Shown: positions 49,781-59,348, numbered from the stretch's first letter. The stretch is 64,000 nt of DNA from Candidatus Altimarinota bacterium (GCA_041242255.1 JBESAV010000001.1:512001-576000); one strand, 5' to 3'. Notes: generated by a model from the letters alone, not told the origin. A program made the numbers and translations.

Positions 49781-51367
49781 ATGAAATACATACAAATTTT
49801 ATTTGTATCAATTCTTTTAGTGGGATGTGCATCCACAGCAGCCCAAGATTTACCAGAGTATTCAAATCAAACAAAAAGAATTGTATTACAAGACGGCGAC
49901 ACAATTGATCTAGTTGCAGACGAGGTAGAGATGAAAGTTAAAGATACACCATCCAAAATGCTAGCATACAATGGCACAATTCCTGGTCCAGTTATAACTG
50001 TAAAACAGGGAAGTACCATAAATCTAAACTTCATAAACAACCTAGAGGTTGACTCCTCTCTTCATTCACATGGGCTCAGGCTTAGAAATAAGTATGATGG
50101 AGTCCCAGGAGTGACCCAGGACGAAGTAAAGCCAGGCGAGACCTTTCGATATGAATTAGACTTCCCAGATGCTGGAGTATATTTTTACCATCCACATACA
50201 AGAGAAGACGTCCAACAAGATGCTGGACTATACGGGGCATTTCTGGTCCTTCCTTCTGAAAATGAATCAAATGAATTTGGTGTAAATCTTCAGGAGAATC
50301 ATCAGATAATTTTCCTCGATGATATTGAAGTAAGTTATAAAAACCAGATCATTAGGCAGGAATCTAAACCATACAAAACTTTAATGGGAAATTATGGTAA
50401 TCGCATGTTTATAAATGGAAAGTTAGACTCACCCGTAAACTTGCAGCCTTCAAACCTAAATTCAGAACAGATTTTAACCTTTGTAAACTCAGCAAACGCA
50501 AGACCGTATAAACTAAAGTCATCCTCAGGAATTCAAATGACACTCCTATCAGATGACGCAAGTGCCTATCAAAATGAGGAATTCATCCAGGAATTGGTCG
50601 TAGCCCCATCAGAAAGATACACTGTTCGTTTAAAATACATTCAGGAAGGACCTCAACAGATTTTCTCAGAAACTCCTAATAACTCTTTCCCAATAGCAAA
50701 AGTAGATGTATTGGGGCAATCTTTAGGGTCTACAAACACTGAACCAACTAATTTTACAGGTTTACAAATAGATCAATCACTAGTTAGTCAGTTCCAAACC
50801 ATGCCAATTAGCAAAACTTTAAGTCTCGATATGCTAATGGATACAAAATCAATGCGATCTGGAGGTATGTGGGAGATGCCATGCCACCAAATGCCAGATG
50901 GATCATGGATGGGAGACTGCGACGAGTCACTTCTAGAAAACTTATCAGCTGATCACCACCCAGATGGGATAGAATGGGAAGATGGTATGCGTGATATGAA
51001 TTCTAAATCAGGCCTACATAATGTATGGTGGGATTTAGTCGACAAAGACACAGGCCTTACAAATATGGATATTGAGTGGAATTTCCAAAAAGATGAGGTG
51101 GTAAAAATCCGTATAGAAAACAAAGCTGATTCAGCCCATCCAATGCAACACCCTATTCATCTTCATGGTCAAAGGTTTCTAGTTCTAAGCAAAGACAACC
51201 AACCTCAGACAAACCTGGCCTGGAACGATACAGTACTCGTACCAGCAGGAAGCACCTATGATATAGTTGTGGAGATGAGTAATCCAGGTACATGGATGAT
51301 CCATTGCCATATTCCAGAACACATGGAAGCTGGAATGATGATGACATTTGAAGTTCAAGAAAATTAA
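49781..51367 (+). CDS. Multicopper oxidase lipoprotein with a Met-rich insert
   Basis: HSHG, YHPH, HPIHLHG and HCHIPEHMEAGMM copper motifs; lipobox LVG-C; MPCHQMPDGSWMG insert. Confidence 0.96.
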   Translation: MKYIQILFVSILLVGCASTAAQDLPEYSNQTKRIVLQDGDTIDLVADEVEMKVKDTPSKMLAYNGTIPGPVITVKQGSTINLNFINNLEVDSSLHSHGLRLRNKYDGVPGVTQDEVKPGETFRYELDFPDAGVYFYHPHTREDVQQDAGLYGAFLVLPSENESNEFGVNLQENHQIIFLDDIEVSYKNQIIRQESKPYKTLMGNYGNRMFINGKLDSPVNLQPSNLNSEQILTFVNSANARPYKLKSSSGIQMTLLSDDASAYQNEEFIQELVVAPSERYTVRLKYIQEGPQQIFSETPNNSFPIAKVDVLGQSLGSTNTEPTNFTGLQIDQSLVSQFQTMPISKTLSLDMLMDTKSMRSGGMWEMPCHQMPDGSWMGDCDESLLENLSADHHPDGIEWEDGMRDMNSKSGLHNVWWDLVDKDTGLTNMDIEWNFQKDEVVKIRIENKADSAHPMQHPIHLHGQRFLVLSKDNQPQTNLAWNDTVLVPAGSTYDIVVEMSNPGTWMIHCHIPEHMEAGMMMTFEVQEN

Positions 51368-51378
51368 CCCACCAAACT

Positions 51379-52113
51379 ATGAAACACACATATAAAATCA
51401 ACGGAGCAACTTGCCAAAGCTGTGGAGAAAAAGTCTCAAAAGTTCTTACTCAGATTGATGGGATTTCCAAAGCAGATTCACCAGAAACAGGAATAGTTAT
51501 AGTAGAAATGACTAAGCATATCACTACAAAAGATATGAACAAAGCCTTGAAAGACTCTGGTCATGGTAAGTACTCACTTGAGATGACCCAGCACGAGCAG
51601 ACCTCCAGTCCAGACAACACAGATCAAGCCAAGTCATGGAAAGACTACTGGCCACTTATTCTAGTGTTAGGTTATGTACTCTTAGGAACAACCCTGGGTA
51701 TGTATCTCACAACAGATTGGTCACTAATGATGGGAATGAGGCTATTCATGGGACTGTTTTTCCTAGCTTTCTCATTCTTCAAGATTTTAGACATTCCCGG
51801 TTTTGCAATGAGCTACATGTCTTACGACATAGTCGCAGCTAAGTGGATGAAGTGGGGTTATATTTATCCATTCTTTGAGTTAGCCTTCGGAATAGGTTAC
51901 CTAGTTGGATGGCAACTTTTATACCTCAACATAATAGTTGCTATAGTCATGGCCATAAGCTTAGTCGGAGTAGTTAAATCAGTCCTAAACAAAAAACAAA
52001 TCCAATGCGCCTGCCTCGGAACAGGATTCGATCTTCCAATGAGCACAGTAACAATAGTTGAAGACGGAGCCATGGTCCTTATGGCGATTTGGATGATACT
52101 TAACCTAATATAA
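51379..52113 (+). CDS. Heavy-metal-associated (HMA) domain plus MauE/DoxX-like membrane domain
   Basis: GATCQSC; FMGLFFLAFSFFK, YPFFE, CACLG. Confidence 0.9.
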   Translation: MKHTYKINGATCQSCGEKVSKVLTQIDGISKADSPETGIVIVEMTKHITTKDMNKALKDSGHGKYSLEMTQHEQTSSPDNTDQAKSWKDYWPLILVLGYVLLGTTLGMYLTTDWSLMMGMRLFMGLFFLAFSFFKILDIPGFAMSYMSYDIVAAKWMKWGYIYPFFELAFGIGYLVGWQLLYLNIIVAIVMAISLVGVVKSVLNKKQIQCACLGTGFDLPMSTVTIVEDGAMVLMAIWMILNLI

Positions 52114-52115
52114 AA

Positions 52116-52628
52116 ATGAAAAAACTAATCTTACCACTAATTTTAATAGCAATCGTAATTGGAATACCATTCCTAACAATGCAAGAGAGTAAACTTCCTC
52201 CTGAAGTCCTCGAAGCAAATGCTGAAGTTAAAGTTCCAATAATGGAAAATAGCGGACATCAGTCTGATGTAAGCGGTATTCAATATAATTCTAACCCACC
52301 TACTTCTGGGCCACATTTTGCTGATTGGCACACAGAATGGACCTTTTATGAAGAAGAGCAGCCAATGGGTGGTTTAATTCACAATATGGAACATGGAGGA
52401 ATTGTTCTATTCTACGACCCAAGTATTTCAGATGAACAAAAGCAACTTTTATCAGATTACGTAGATGATACTTTTAAGATAATAGCCTCGCCTTACGAGA
52501 GACTTGAGGCTCCAATAGTTTTGGCAGCTTGGGGTGTCTATGAAGAGTTTGATGCCTTTGACTCAGATAGATTTGAGAGATTCTATAGGTTCAATCTAAA
52601 TAATGCCCCAGAAAACGTTTACCCTTAA
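52116..52628 (+). CDS. DUF3105-family protein
   Basis: YNSNPPTSGPH, IHNMEHGGI, AAWG. Confidence 0.9.
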   Translation: MKKLILPLILIAIVIGIPFLTMQESKLPPEVLEANAEVKVPIMENSGHQSDVSGIQYNSNPPTSGPHFADWHTEWTFYEEEQPMGGLIHNMEHGGIVLFYDPSISDEQKQLLSDYVDDTFKIIASPYERLEAPIVLAAWGVYEEFDAFDSDRFERFYRFNLNNAPENVYP

Positions 52629-52631
52629 GCC

Positions 52632-52955
52632 ATGAACTGGTTCTTCCCAATCCATTATTTCCTACACTTAATTTTCCCTGGAGTAGTTGCATACGCAGCT
52701 ACTCCTAAGCTTCCTCATAAATGGTGGAAAGTTTACATGGTTTTACTAGCAACAATGATCATCGACTTAGACCATCTCCTAGCGACACCAATCTTCGATC
52801 CAAATAGGTGCAGTATAGGTTTCCACCCACTTCATAGCCCAATAGCCATCGGAGTTTATGTCCTGATGATTTTCATCCCAAACTTCTGGGTTAGGGTAAT
52901 TGCCACAGGACTAATCTGGCATATTTTAGTCGACTTATTAGACTGCATGATATAA
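52632..52955 (+). CDS. DUF6122-like small membrane protein
   Basis: HY.LH, TMIIDLDHLLA.PIFDPNRCSIGFHPLHS. Confidence 0.8.
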   Translation: MNWFFPIHYFLHLIFPGVVAYAATPKLPHKWWKVYMVLLATMIIDLDHLLATPIFDPNRCSIGFHPLHSPIAIGVYVLMIFIPNFWVRVIATGLIWHILVDLLDCMI

Positions 52956-52979
52956 TTTAAATAAATTTAAAAATAAATA

Positions 52980-53429
52980 ATGAACAATTACAAAAAATTC
53001 GCTCTCATGATACTAAGCTCAAGCATTTTTATGTTTCTTGTAATGTATCTAAATATCTTCCAGTTATCTCATTTCTCGATAGGTCTAACACGAATCTACA
53101 TGACTCTCTTAATGGTAGCTCCTATGGTTTTAATCATGTTATTTTTCATGAAAGATATGTACAACAACAGCAAGTTTAATATAGCCATTATTTCAGGATC
53201 TATCGCCATCTTTATCATTAGCTTAATAGGTTTAAGGTCTCAGGTTTTAATAGGCGACATTCAGTGGATGAAAGCTATGATACCTCACCATTCTTCTGCC
53301 ATTCTAACAAGTTCTTACGCTAACCTAAAAGATCCAGAAGTCCAAGAATTAGCTCAAGAAATAATCCAAGCCCAAGAAAGAGAAATAGCAGAAATGAAAT
53401 CAATGATCGAACGACTTGAAGCAAAATAA
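52980..53429 (+). CDS. DUF305 (ferritin-like, CopM-related) membrane protein
   Basis: MIPHHSSAI...LAQEIIQAQEREIAEM. Confidence 0.9.
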   Translation: MNNYKKFALMILSSSIFMFLVMYLNIFQLSHFSIGLTRIYMTLLMVAPMVLIMLFFMKDMYNNSKFNIAIISGSIAIFIISLIGLRSQVLIGDIQWMKAMIPHHSSAILTSSYANLKDPEVQELAQEIIQAQEREIAEMKSMIERLEAK

Positions 53430-53438
53430 ATATTGAAA

Positions 53439-53464
53439 AACCCTTTAATAGAAATTAAAGGGTT
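53439..53464. terminator. Hairpin terminator between convergent genes
   Basis: aaccctttaat/attaaagggtt 11-bp stem. Confidence 0.7.
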
Positions 53465-53481
53465 GGTGTCTTCATCGACGA

Positions 53482-53814
53482 TCAATTAGAGAGATAAATT
53501 ATAAATTCTTGTTTAAGGAGCTCCAGCCTAGTACAAAGTATATTATGTTGACTAGATAAATCTCCATATGCAAGAATTGACTTAATGAAGGACAAATAAT
53601 CCAATAAATAATCATATGCATGGGCATATTTATTTGAAATTTCTTCATCATCTTTCATTAGTTCTGTTAACTCAATGATGAAGTCATTTCCAAGGTACTT
53701 GCTTGCTTCCTCGACAGTTAGTGCAGTAACCTTGAGATCCAAGTCACTTGTAAGTTTTTCCATTATGCTTCTGCCTTCACGAATTATAACTTCAAGATTC
53801 CTTTCCTCAGTCAC
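53482..53814 (-). CDS. Hypothetical 110-aa protein
   Basis: SD GAGAGG before a GTG start; consensus promoter upstream. Confidence 0.65.
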   Translation of the reverse strand: MTEERNLEVIIREGRSIMEKLTSDLDLKVTALTVEEASKYLGNDFIIELTELMKDDEEISNKYAHAYDYLLDYLSFIKSILAYGDLSSQHNILCTRLELLKQEFIIYLSN

Positions 53815-53905
53815 TTTAAACCTCTCTTGTTGATGTAAATGAACTTAACAGTTGTAGTTTAAGCACGGCTCACCGACTTAATCTAATCAATCTGTTAACA
53901 TTTCG

Positions 53906-53933
53906 ATTATACAAGCCTGTGTAAGTTTGTCAA
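53906..53933 (-). promoter_or_regulatory. Perfect consensus sigma70 promoter
   Basis: Minus strand TTGACA-16 nt-TATAAT. Confidence 0.8.
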
Positions 53934-54004
53934 GTAATGTGTTTATCTAAATAACTTACATGAGTTTTATCAAAGAATTAAGATTAGCACCTGAGAAAGG
54001 CTAA

Positions 54005-54265
54005 ATGGATTGGTTAAATATAGAAAAGAACATATATTGATGAGTAAGAAGTAATTCTTGGGAGCAAGTCGAATCTTTAATTGTTAGTCCAGAAGCTGAC
54101 CTTTCAGCTAGTATCTATGTAGATGAACAAGAATTTATACAAAGCTATATTTCAGAGGATGTATTTGAAGACTCAGTTGTTAATTACGGTGACTGCACTA
54201 GGTCACAATTAAATGCCCTAGGAAGTAGGTTAGAATCAATCGTCAACAGCACTTTAGACAAATAG
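54005..54265 (+). pseudogene. 86-codon ORF interrupted by in-frame TGA-TGA
   Basis: SD-like GAAAGG, ATG at 54005, TGA TGA at 54038-54043, then open in the same frame to TAG at 54265. Confidence 0.4.
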
Positions 54266-54354
54266 ATCTTTTGCTAGATGAGATTCAATACTAAGTAAAC
54301 CTAGTGTAGTATGTGTTTACTTTATTTCAAAATACGTATTCTCACCCAACAACT

Positions 54355-55566
54355 ATGACCAAAGCAAACCTATTCTCTCTAACAATCACATTAATTCTTT
54401 TCAGCATATCAGGCTGCACTTTTCAAGACCAAACCTCCAACACAAATGAAATCAACAAAAATCAGCCAGAGCTAACCAGCGAAATCACAACTCAAGAAAT
54501 AGATAGCATAAGCGCTGAGAAACCTGAAGAAACAGTAGAAGATTCAGATCAAAATCAAGAGCCAGAAGAGCCAGAATTTATTCTTCCTGACGTAGACTAC
54601 ACATCCCTACCAACCAAAGATGTGACTGTTGATTCTGTAAAGTTTTTCCAAGAACCAATAGAATTAGAAAGTATCGATGGATTAGAAAATACTGAGTTTG
54701 GTTATGTGACTGAGGGCAAATATAAAGATTATATTTTTGGTAATTCAAGAGAGTACTATCAGTTCAGTGATGCTCTGACTATGTTCTACTTGAGACCTCC
54801 AGATCAAAAGACTTTATATTACATTTCTGAATACCCTAGGTTTCAAGAAGAAAATCAAAGTATTTCAGATTTTAGTATTCCAAGTCTTGAGTTCCAAGAA
54901 GAAAGCATTACTGCCAAAGGTAACCAAATAACAACAGATGGTAGATTGTATTATGACAAGTATATAATAGATGAAATTCAAGATTATGAGACTGTAAGTG
55001 CAGAAGACACAGGTTACACCCTATACAAAGATGGTTGGGCCTTTTACAGAATCATTCAAGATGACTTTTATATTCTTTACCAATACATCCCTCAAGATGA
55101 AGAGCTAAAAAGCCTAATCGAATCTATGTCTAGCTTCGAAAACAAAAACCATTGGAGATACTTTTTAATGCAAAGGTATGACGATGGATATATCACAACA
55201 GTTAACACCGGATACATGGGACTATTTGATGACCAAGGTCTAATTCAAGGCAAAGAGAGTACTCTCAATTTCGATAACCTAGAGCTAATCCATGATGGTC
55301 CAGAACTAAATTTATACACAGTAAAAGAATTCCTAGATAATGAGGATTATGAGTCTCAACTTTTGCAAGAATTGTGGACAACATATCAAGATGATTTAGC
55401 ATCTATTTCAGCAAGTATAGCAAATGGAGAACAAAACATAAGAAATATTCCAAATGTACCAAAAGATGAATTCCTAACCATTAACCCTATGTTAATCCAA
55501 ACAGACAATATGGGTGAATTCTCAGTATACATACGCTCCGACATAGTTCAGCCATTTGAGGCTTAA
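54355..55566 (+). CDS. Acidic lipoprotein of unknown function
   Basis: Lipobox ISG-C; the likely start is ATG 54355 (MTKANLF). Confidence 0.7.
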   Translation: MTKANLFSLTITLILFSISGCTFQDQTSNTNEINKNQPELTSEITTQEIDSISAEKPEETVEDSDQNQEPEEPEFILPDVDYTSLPTKDVTVDSVKFFQEPIELESIDGLENTEFGYVTEGKYKDYIFGNSREYYQFSDALTMFYLRPPDQKTLYYISEYPRFQEENQSISDFSIPSLEFQEESITAKGNQITTDGRLYYDKYIIDEIQDYETVSAEDTGYTLYKDGWAFYRIIQDDFYILYQYIPQDEELKSLIESMSSFENKNHWRYFLMQRYDDGYITTVNTGYMGLFDDQGLIQGKESTLNFDNLELIHDGPELNLYTVKEFLDNEDYESQLLQELWTTYQDDLASISASIANGEQNIRNIPNVPKDEFLTINPMLIQTDNMGEFSVYIRSDIVQPFEA

Positions 55567-55609
55567 AATCAACGAATATACGACAAACGATACTTATTAA
55601 TCTAATTAG

Positions 55610-56287
55610 ATGAATATAATCAAACGATATTTGTACATAGCCATAGGCTTATGTACATATTCCTTGCTAGCAATACTAATTCCCAACTTTTTAGGTATAG
55701 AAACTAGTTCTCATGGAATAACTTTTGATGATTTTGATTTTTCCACTTTCTTATTAGTTTTTTTGGTTTTTATAATTTTGATATACAAAGCAATCTACAC
55801 TAAGTCAGAATACAAATACATTATTCTAATAACTTTTATGTATGCATTTTTGTTTGTTTCATATAGCACTCCTCGATTTCAAGTTATTGAATTATCCGAT
55901 CAACATAAAGATCGTAAGGTAAACGTGAATGGATCAGAGTCAGGTGCAATGAGTTATAGTTTCACTAATTTATATCCTGCAAATGATCAATATATAGTTA
56001 CTCATGAACCACCATTTACATTAATACATTCAAAAGTCGATCAACCATATAATCATGATTTAGAAGCTCAACCACACTGGTTAAATTCAAGGGTCTCAGG
56101 CTTTCCCTTTTTATGGTTCTTAGACCCGATTGGAGCTAGCGTACGTGCATCTATAAATTACCTACATTTCTTATTAAACATGATTGTTTATTTCATAGTC
56201 TTTTTAATTCCAAATCTTTTAACCAAGCTAATATTCCAAAAATTTACACCTTTAGTTTTTGGAGACCAAGATATAGAACATTCTTGA
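55610..56287 (+). CDS. Hypothetical multi-pass membrane protein
   Basis: About four TM segments; AT-rich. Confidence 0.6.
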   Translation: MNIIKRYLYIAIGLCTYSLLAILIPNFLGIETSSHGITFDDFDFSTFLLVFLVFIILIYKAIYTKSEYKYIILITFMYAFLFVSYSTPRFQVIELSDQHKDRKVNVNGSESGAMSYSFTNLYPANDQYIVTHEPPFTLIHSKVDQPYNHDLEAQPHWLNSRVSGFPFLWFLDPIGASVRASINYLHFLLNMIVYFIVFLIPNLLTKLIFQKFTPLVFGDQDIEHS

Positions 56288-56687
56288 TATTTTCTAATTT
56301 TTTTAGATAAGGCAAAACTTCCTTAGGAAACAAATTTATTTCTTCGACTTGATTTAAATCTATAATCTTAATATCAGTCAAAACTTGTTGCTTTTTTTCA
56401 GGATCAAAACCAAGCTTATAATTTTCATCGAGCGTTTTACAAAGTATATAAACTTCCAAACCAAAGCTTCCTTTATATTCTGTTTCTCTAACAAATACAA
56501 TTCTCTCAGCTTTAGCTTTTACATTTATTTCCTCATCGATTTCTCTCTCTATTGCTTCAAATAAAGATTCATTTCCTTCAACACCTCCTCCCGGAAAAAC
56601 ATAATTTGTACCAAAGGTATCGCTATCATGCCTCACCAAAACAATTTTATTTTCATTGATAATTATACCTCTTACTCCAACTTTCAT
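56244..56687 (-). CDS. NUDIX hydrolase
   Basis: FPGGGVEGNESLFEAIEREIDEE Nudix box. Confidence 0.92.
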   Translation of the reverse strand: MKVGVRGIIINENKIVLVRHDSDTFGTNYVFPGGGVEGNESLFEAIEREIDEEINVKAKAERIVFVRETEYKGSFGLEVYILCKTLDENYKLGFDPEKKQQVLTDIKIIDLNQVEEINLFPKEVLPYLKKLENIKNVLYLGLQKLKV

Positions 56688-56714
56688 TTTCTAATTTAAA
56701 TTACATTAATCTTC

Positions 56715-56900
56715 TCAACCCCCAAACAAACTCATCCATAAATTTATCTTTCTTCATATCATTTTGAAAAACAGAAAAGTAGTATCAATAATTTAGAAAG
56801 AGACCTTCGCAAGTATAAAAAACATTTAAATCCAAACTCGGTTCACCAAAGTAGACACATTTCGAACTGAATATTATGAAGAAATTATTAATTTACAAAA
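56715..56900 (+). pseudogene. Possible degraded C-terminal tail of a large serine recombinase
   Basis: Broken frames read LIHKFIFLHIILKNRKVVSII*KETFASI and FTKVDTFRTEYYEEI; pattern recognition only. Confidence 0.3.
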
Positions 56901-56975
56901 GCTAACTTTAGAAAAATACAAAGTAATTAAATTAAAAAGTACTATCAGAGCTAACTTGTACATTTATTATTTCAA

Positions 56976-57524
56976 ATGCTAGACTGCAGTCAAATAAAAA
57001 ATGAAAAAATGAGAGTTGGAGTAGGATTACTTTTAGACGAAGATTGTCATAATTCGATTAGAGAATTGCAAATAAACCTTTTAAGTAGAGGTCTTATTAA
57101 GAGTCCATTTATTCAGGAACCACATATAACAATCAAGTCACCTTTCGAGATTTCTACTATTCAAAATTTAGCTAACTACTTAGATGAAAAATTTGATAAT
57201 ACAAAAGAGATCATTGTAAAAACAAGTTCTTTAGATTTATTTGATAAAAATATTTTATATCAAGCGGTATCAAAAAACAAAATTCTACTAGATTTACATT
57301 ATGATCTGATCAAGTTTTGTAATGATAAAGGTGAATATGAAGGAGAAAATAAAGTTTTTCACATAACGATAGGGAGATCATTATCGAAGCAAATATTAGA
57401 GGAACAGATTAAATTTAAAAAAAATACCTGCAGTTTAATAGGGGTCGGTATTTTTTTATATAACGAAGAAACTAAATCTTGGATTGTAGTTTACAAAAAA
57501 AAGTTTATTGATTCTGACAATTAA
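56976..57524 (+). CDS. 2H phosphoesterase (2'-5' RNA ligase superfamily)
   Basis: Two HxT motifs: EPHITIK and FHITIGR. Confidence 0.88.
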   Translation: MLDCSQIKNEKMRVGVGLLLDEDCHNSIRELQINLLSRGLIKSPFIQEPHITIKSPFEISTIQNLANYLDEKFDNTKEIIVKTSSLDLFDKNILYQAVSKNKILLDLHYDLIKFCNDKGEYEGENKVFHITIGRSLSKQILEEQIKFKKNTCSLIGVGIFLYNEETKSWIVVYKKKFIDSDN

Positions 57525-57569
57525 CAATAATATCATCATAGAGATTTAAATATATTTTTAAGAAAAAAG

Positions 57570-59348
57570 ATGAAGTTACAAGAAATTTTACAAGTTGAAG
57601 AGAGTTTAAGCATACCTGAACAAGTTAATCGTGGAGATTTAGAATCAATTCAATCAAAAATACATGAAAGGGTAAGGCTTGTTACGGCAGCACTACCGTA
57701 TATAAACAACGTACCTCATTTAGGGCATATGGCAGGGAGTCATATTCCAGCTGATATTTTTGCCAGGTTTTCAAGAATGAAAGGCTATAATACTAAATTT
57801 ATAGGTGGTTCAGATGAGCATGGAACACCATCTGAGTTGGCTGCTGATTCATTAGGTCTTAATCCTGAAATCTTTTGTGACAAACTCCATGAGGTACATA
57901 AACAAGTTTATGATTGGTTTGATATATCTTATGATTACTATGGTAGAACATCAGAGTATAGGCATAGTCAAATAGTTGAATCATTTTTTTTAGGTTTACT
58001 AGATAATGATTTTATAGCAGAGAGAGAAGAACATATGTTTTTTGATATAGAAAAAGATAGATTTTTACCTGGAAGATACGTTTTAGGTACATGTTCCAAT
58101 TGTGCCAGCACAAATATGCCATATGATCAATGTGATAACTGTGGGGTTCTTTTTAATACTGATAACTTCCTCGATCCAGTTTCAACCTTATCTAACAGTA
58201 CTCCTGAGATTAGAAGCACTAAGCATTTATTTATTGATTTACCACTTCTACAGCCAGTAATTGAAGATTGGTTTAAGAGTAAAAAAGACTGGAATACTCT
58301 AACAAGAGGAATTACAAGCTCCTGGCTTAATCAAGGTCTTGAGCAAAGAAGCATAACAAGGGACTTGAACAGAGGGGTTCATGTCAATTATCCAGGTTAT
58401 GAAGATAAAGTTTTTTATGTATGGTTTGAGGCTCCAATTGCATATGTTTCTTTTTCAGATTCAGTTGGTGAAATTCAAGAATTTTGGGAGTCCAATCAAA
58501 GTGAAGTTTTTCACTTTTTAGGCAAAGATAATATACCTTTTCATACTATAATATGGCCTTCTATTATAGAGGGTTCTAATATTGGAATAAATAAGCCTGA
58601 AAAAGTTATTGGTTATTCTTATCTGAATTATGAAGGAGAAAAATTCTCGAAGAGCAGAAATGTAGGAGTCTTTTGTGATAAGCTCTTAGAATCCGACTTC
58701 CCAGTTGATGTATTAAGAGCATATATAACGCTTATTTTACCTGAATCTTCAGACGCAAATTTTAACTGGGAAGATTTAGTTTCCAAAATTAACAATGAGG
58801 TAATAGCAAACTTTGGTAATTATATTAATAGAGTCTTATCCTTTTTATTTAAGAAAAAAGGGGGGCAGTTAGATTCAATCCAAGCAGAGGATTTTGATGA
58901 CTTAGATAGGAATTTTATACAAGATATTTTCAACCTATTTTTAGAAATTGATGCAGATTTAGAAGACTGTAATTTTAAAAAAGCATTTAAAGGTGTTTTA
59001 AGCTTATCCTCATTAGGAAATAAGTTTTTCCAAGATTCCAAACCTTGGAAATTTATTTCTGAAAATCCTGATTACGTAAATAGAAAATTATTTTTATGCG
59101 TTTATTTAATAAAGGTACTAGGAATTGTTTCATCCCCTTTTATACCAGAAACATCTAACACAATCATGAAAATGTTAGGGAAAGCAAATAGTAATTGGAT
59201 GGACGCCTTAGATTACAGTGATATCAGTGGTATAAAGATAGACAAAAACCCAGAGTTGCTCTTTAAAAGATTAGAAGATGATTTTATAGAGAGTATGAAA
59301 GATTCAACTGAAGGTCATACAAACCTAGCTAGCTATTTCTATGAATGA
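57570..59348 (+). CDS. metG: Methionyl-tRNA synthetase (island-borne, probably a second copy)
   Basis: ALPYINNVPHLGH (HIGH), DEHG, Zn knuckle CSNC/CDNC, YVWFEAP, GKDNIPFH, KFSKS (KMSKS), GNYINR, PWK. Confidence 0.93.
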   Translation: MKLQEILQVEESLSIPEQVNRGDLESIQSKIHERVRLVTAALPYINNVPHLGHMAGSHIPADIFARFSRMKGYNTKFIGGSDEHGTPSELAADSLGLNPEIFCDKLHEVHKQVYDWFDISYDYYGRTSEYRHSQIVESFFLGLLDNDFIAEREEHMFFDIEKDRFLPGRYVLGTCSNCASTNMPYDQCDNCGVLFNTDNFLDPVSTLSNSTPEIRSTKHLFIDLPLLQPVIEDWFKSKKDWNTLTRGITSSWLNQGLEQRSITRDLNRGVHVNYPGYEDKVFYVWFEAPIAYVSFSDSVGEIQEFWESNQSEVFHFLGKDNIPFHTIIWPSIIEGSNIGINKPEKVIGYSYLNYEGEKFSKSRNVGVFCDKLLESDFPVDVLRAYITLILPESSDANFNWEDLVSKINNEVIANFGNYINRVLSFLFKKKGGQLDSIQAEDFDDLDRNFIQDIFNLFLEIDADLEDCNFKKAFKGVLSLSSLGNKFFQDSKPWKFISENPDYVNRKLFLCVYLIKVLGIVSSPFIPETSNTIMKMLGKANSNWMDALDYSDISGIKIDKNPELLFKRLEDDFIESMKDSTEGHTNLASYFYE

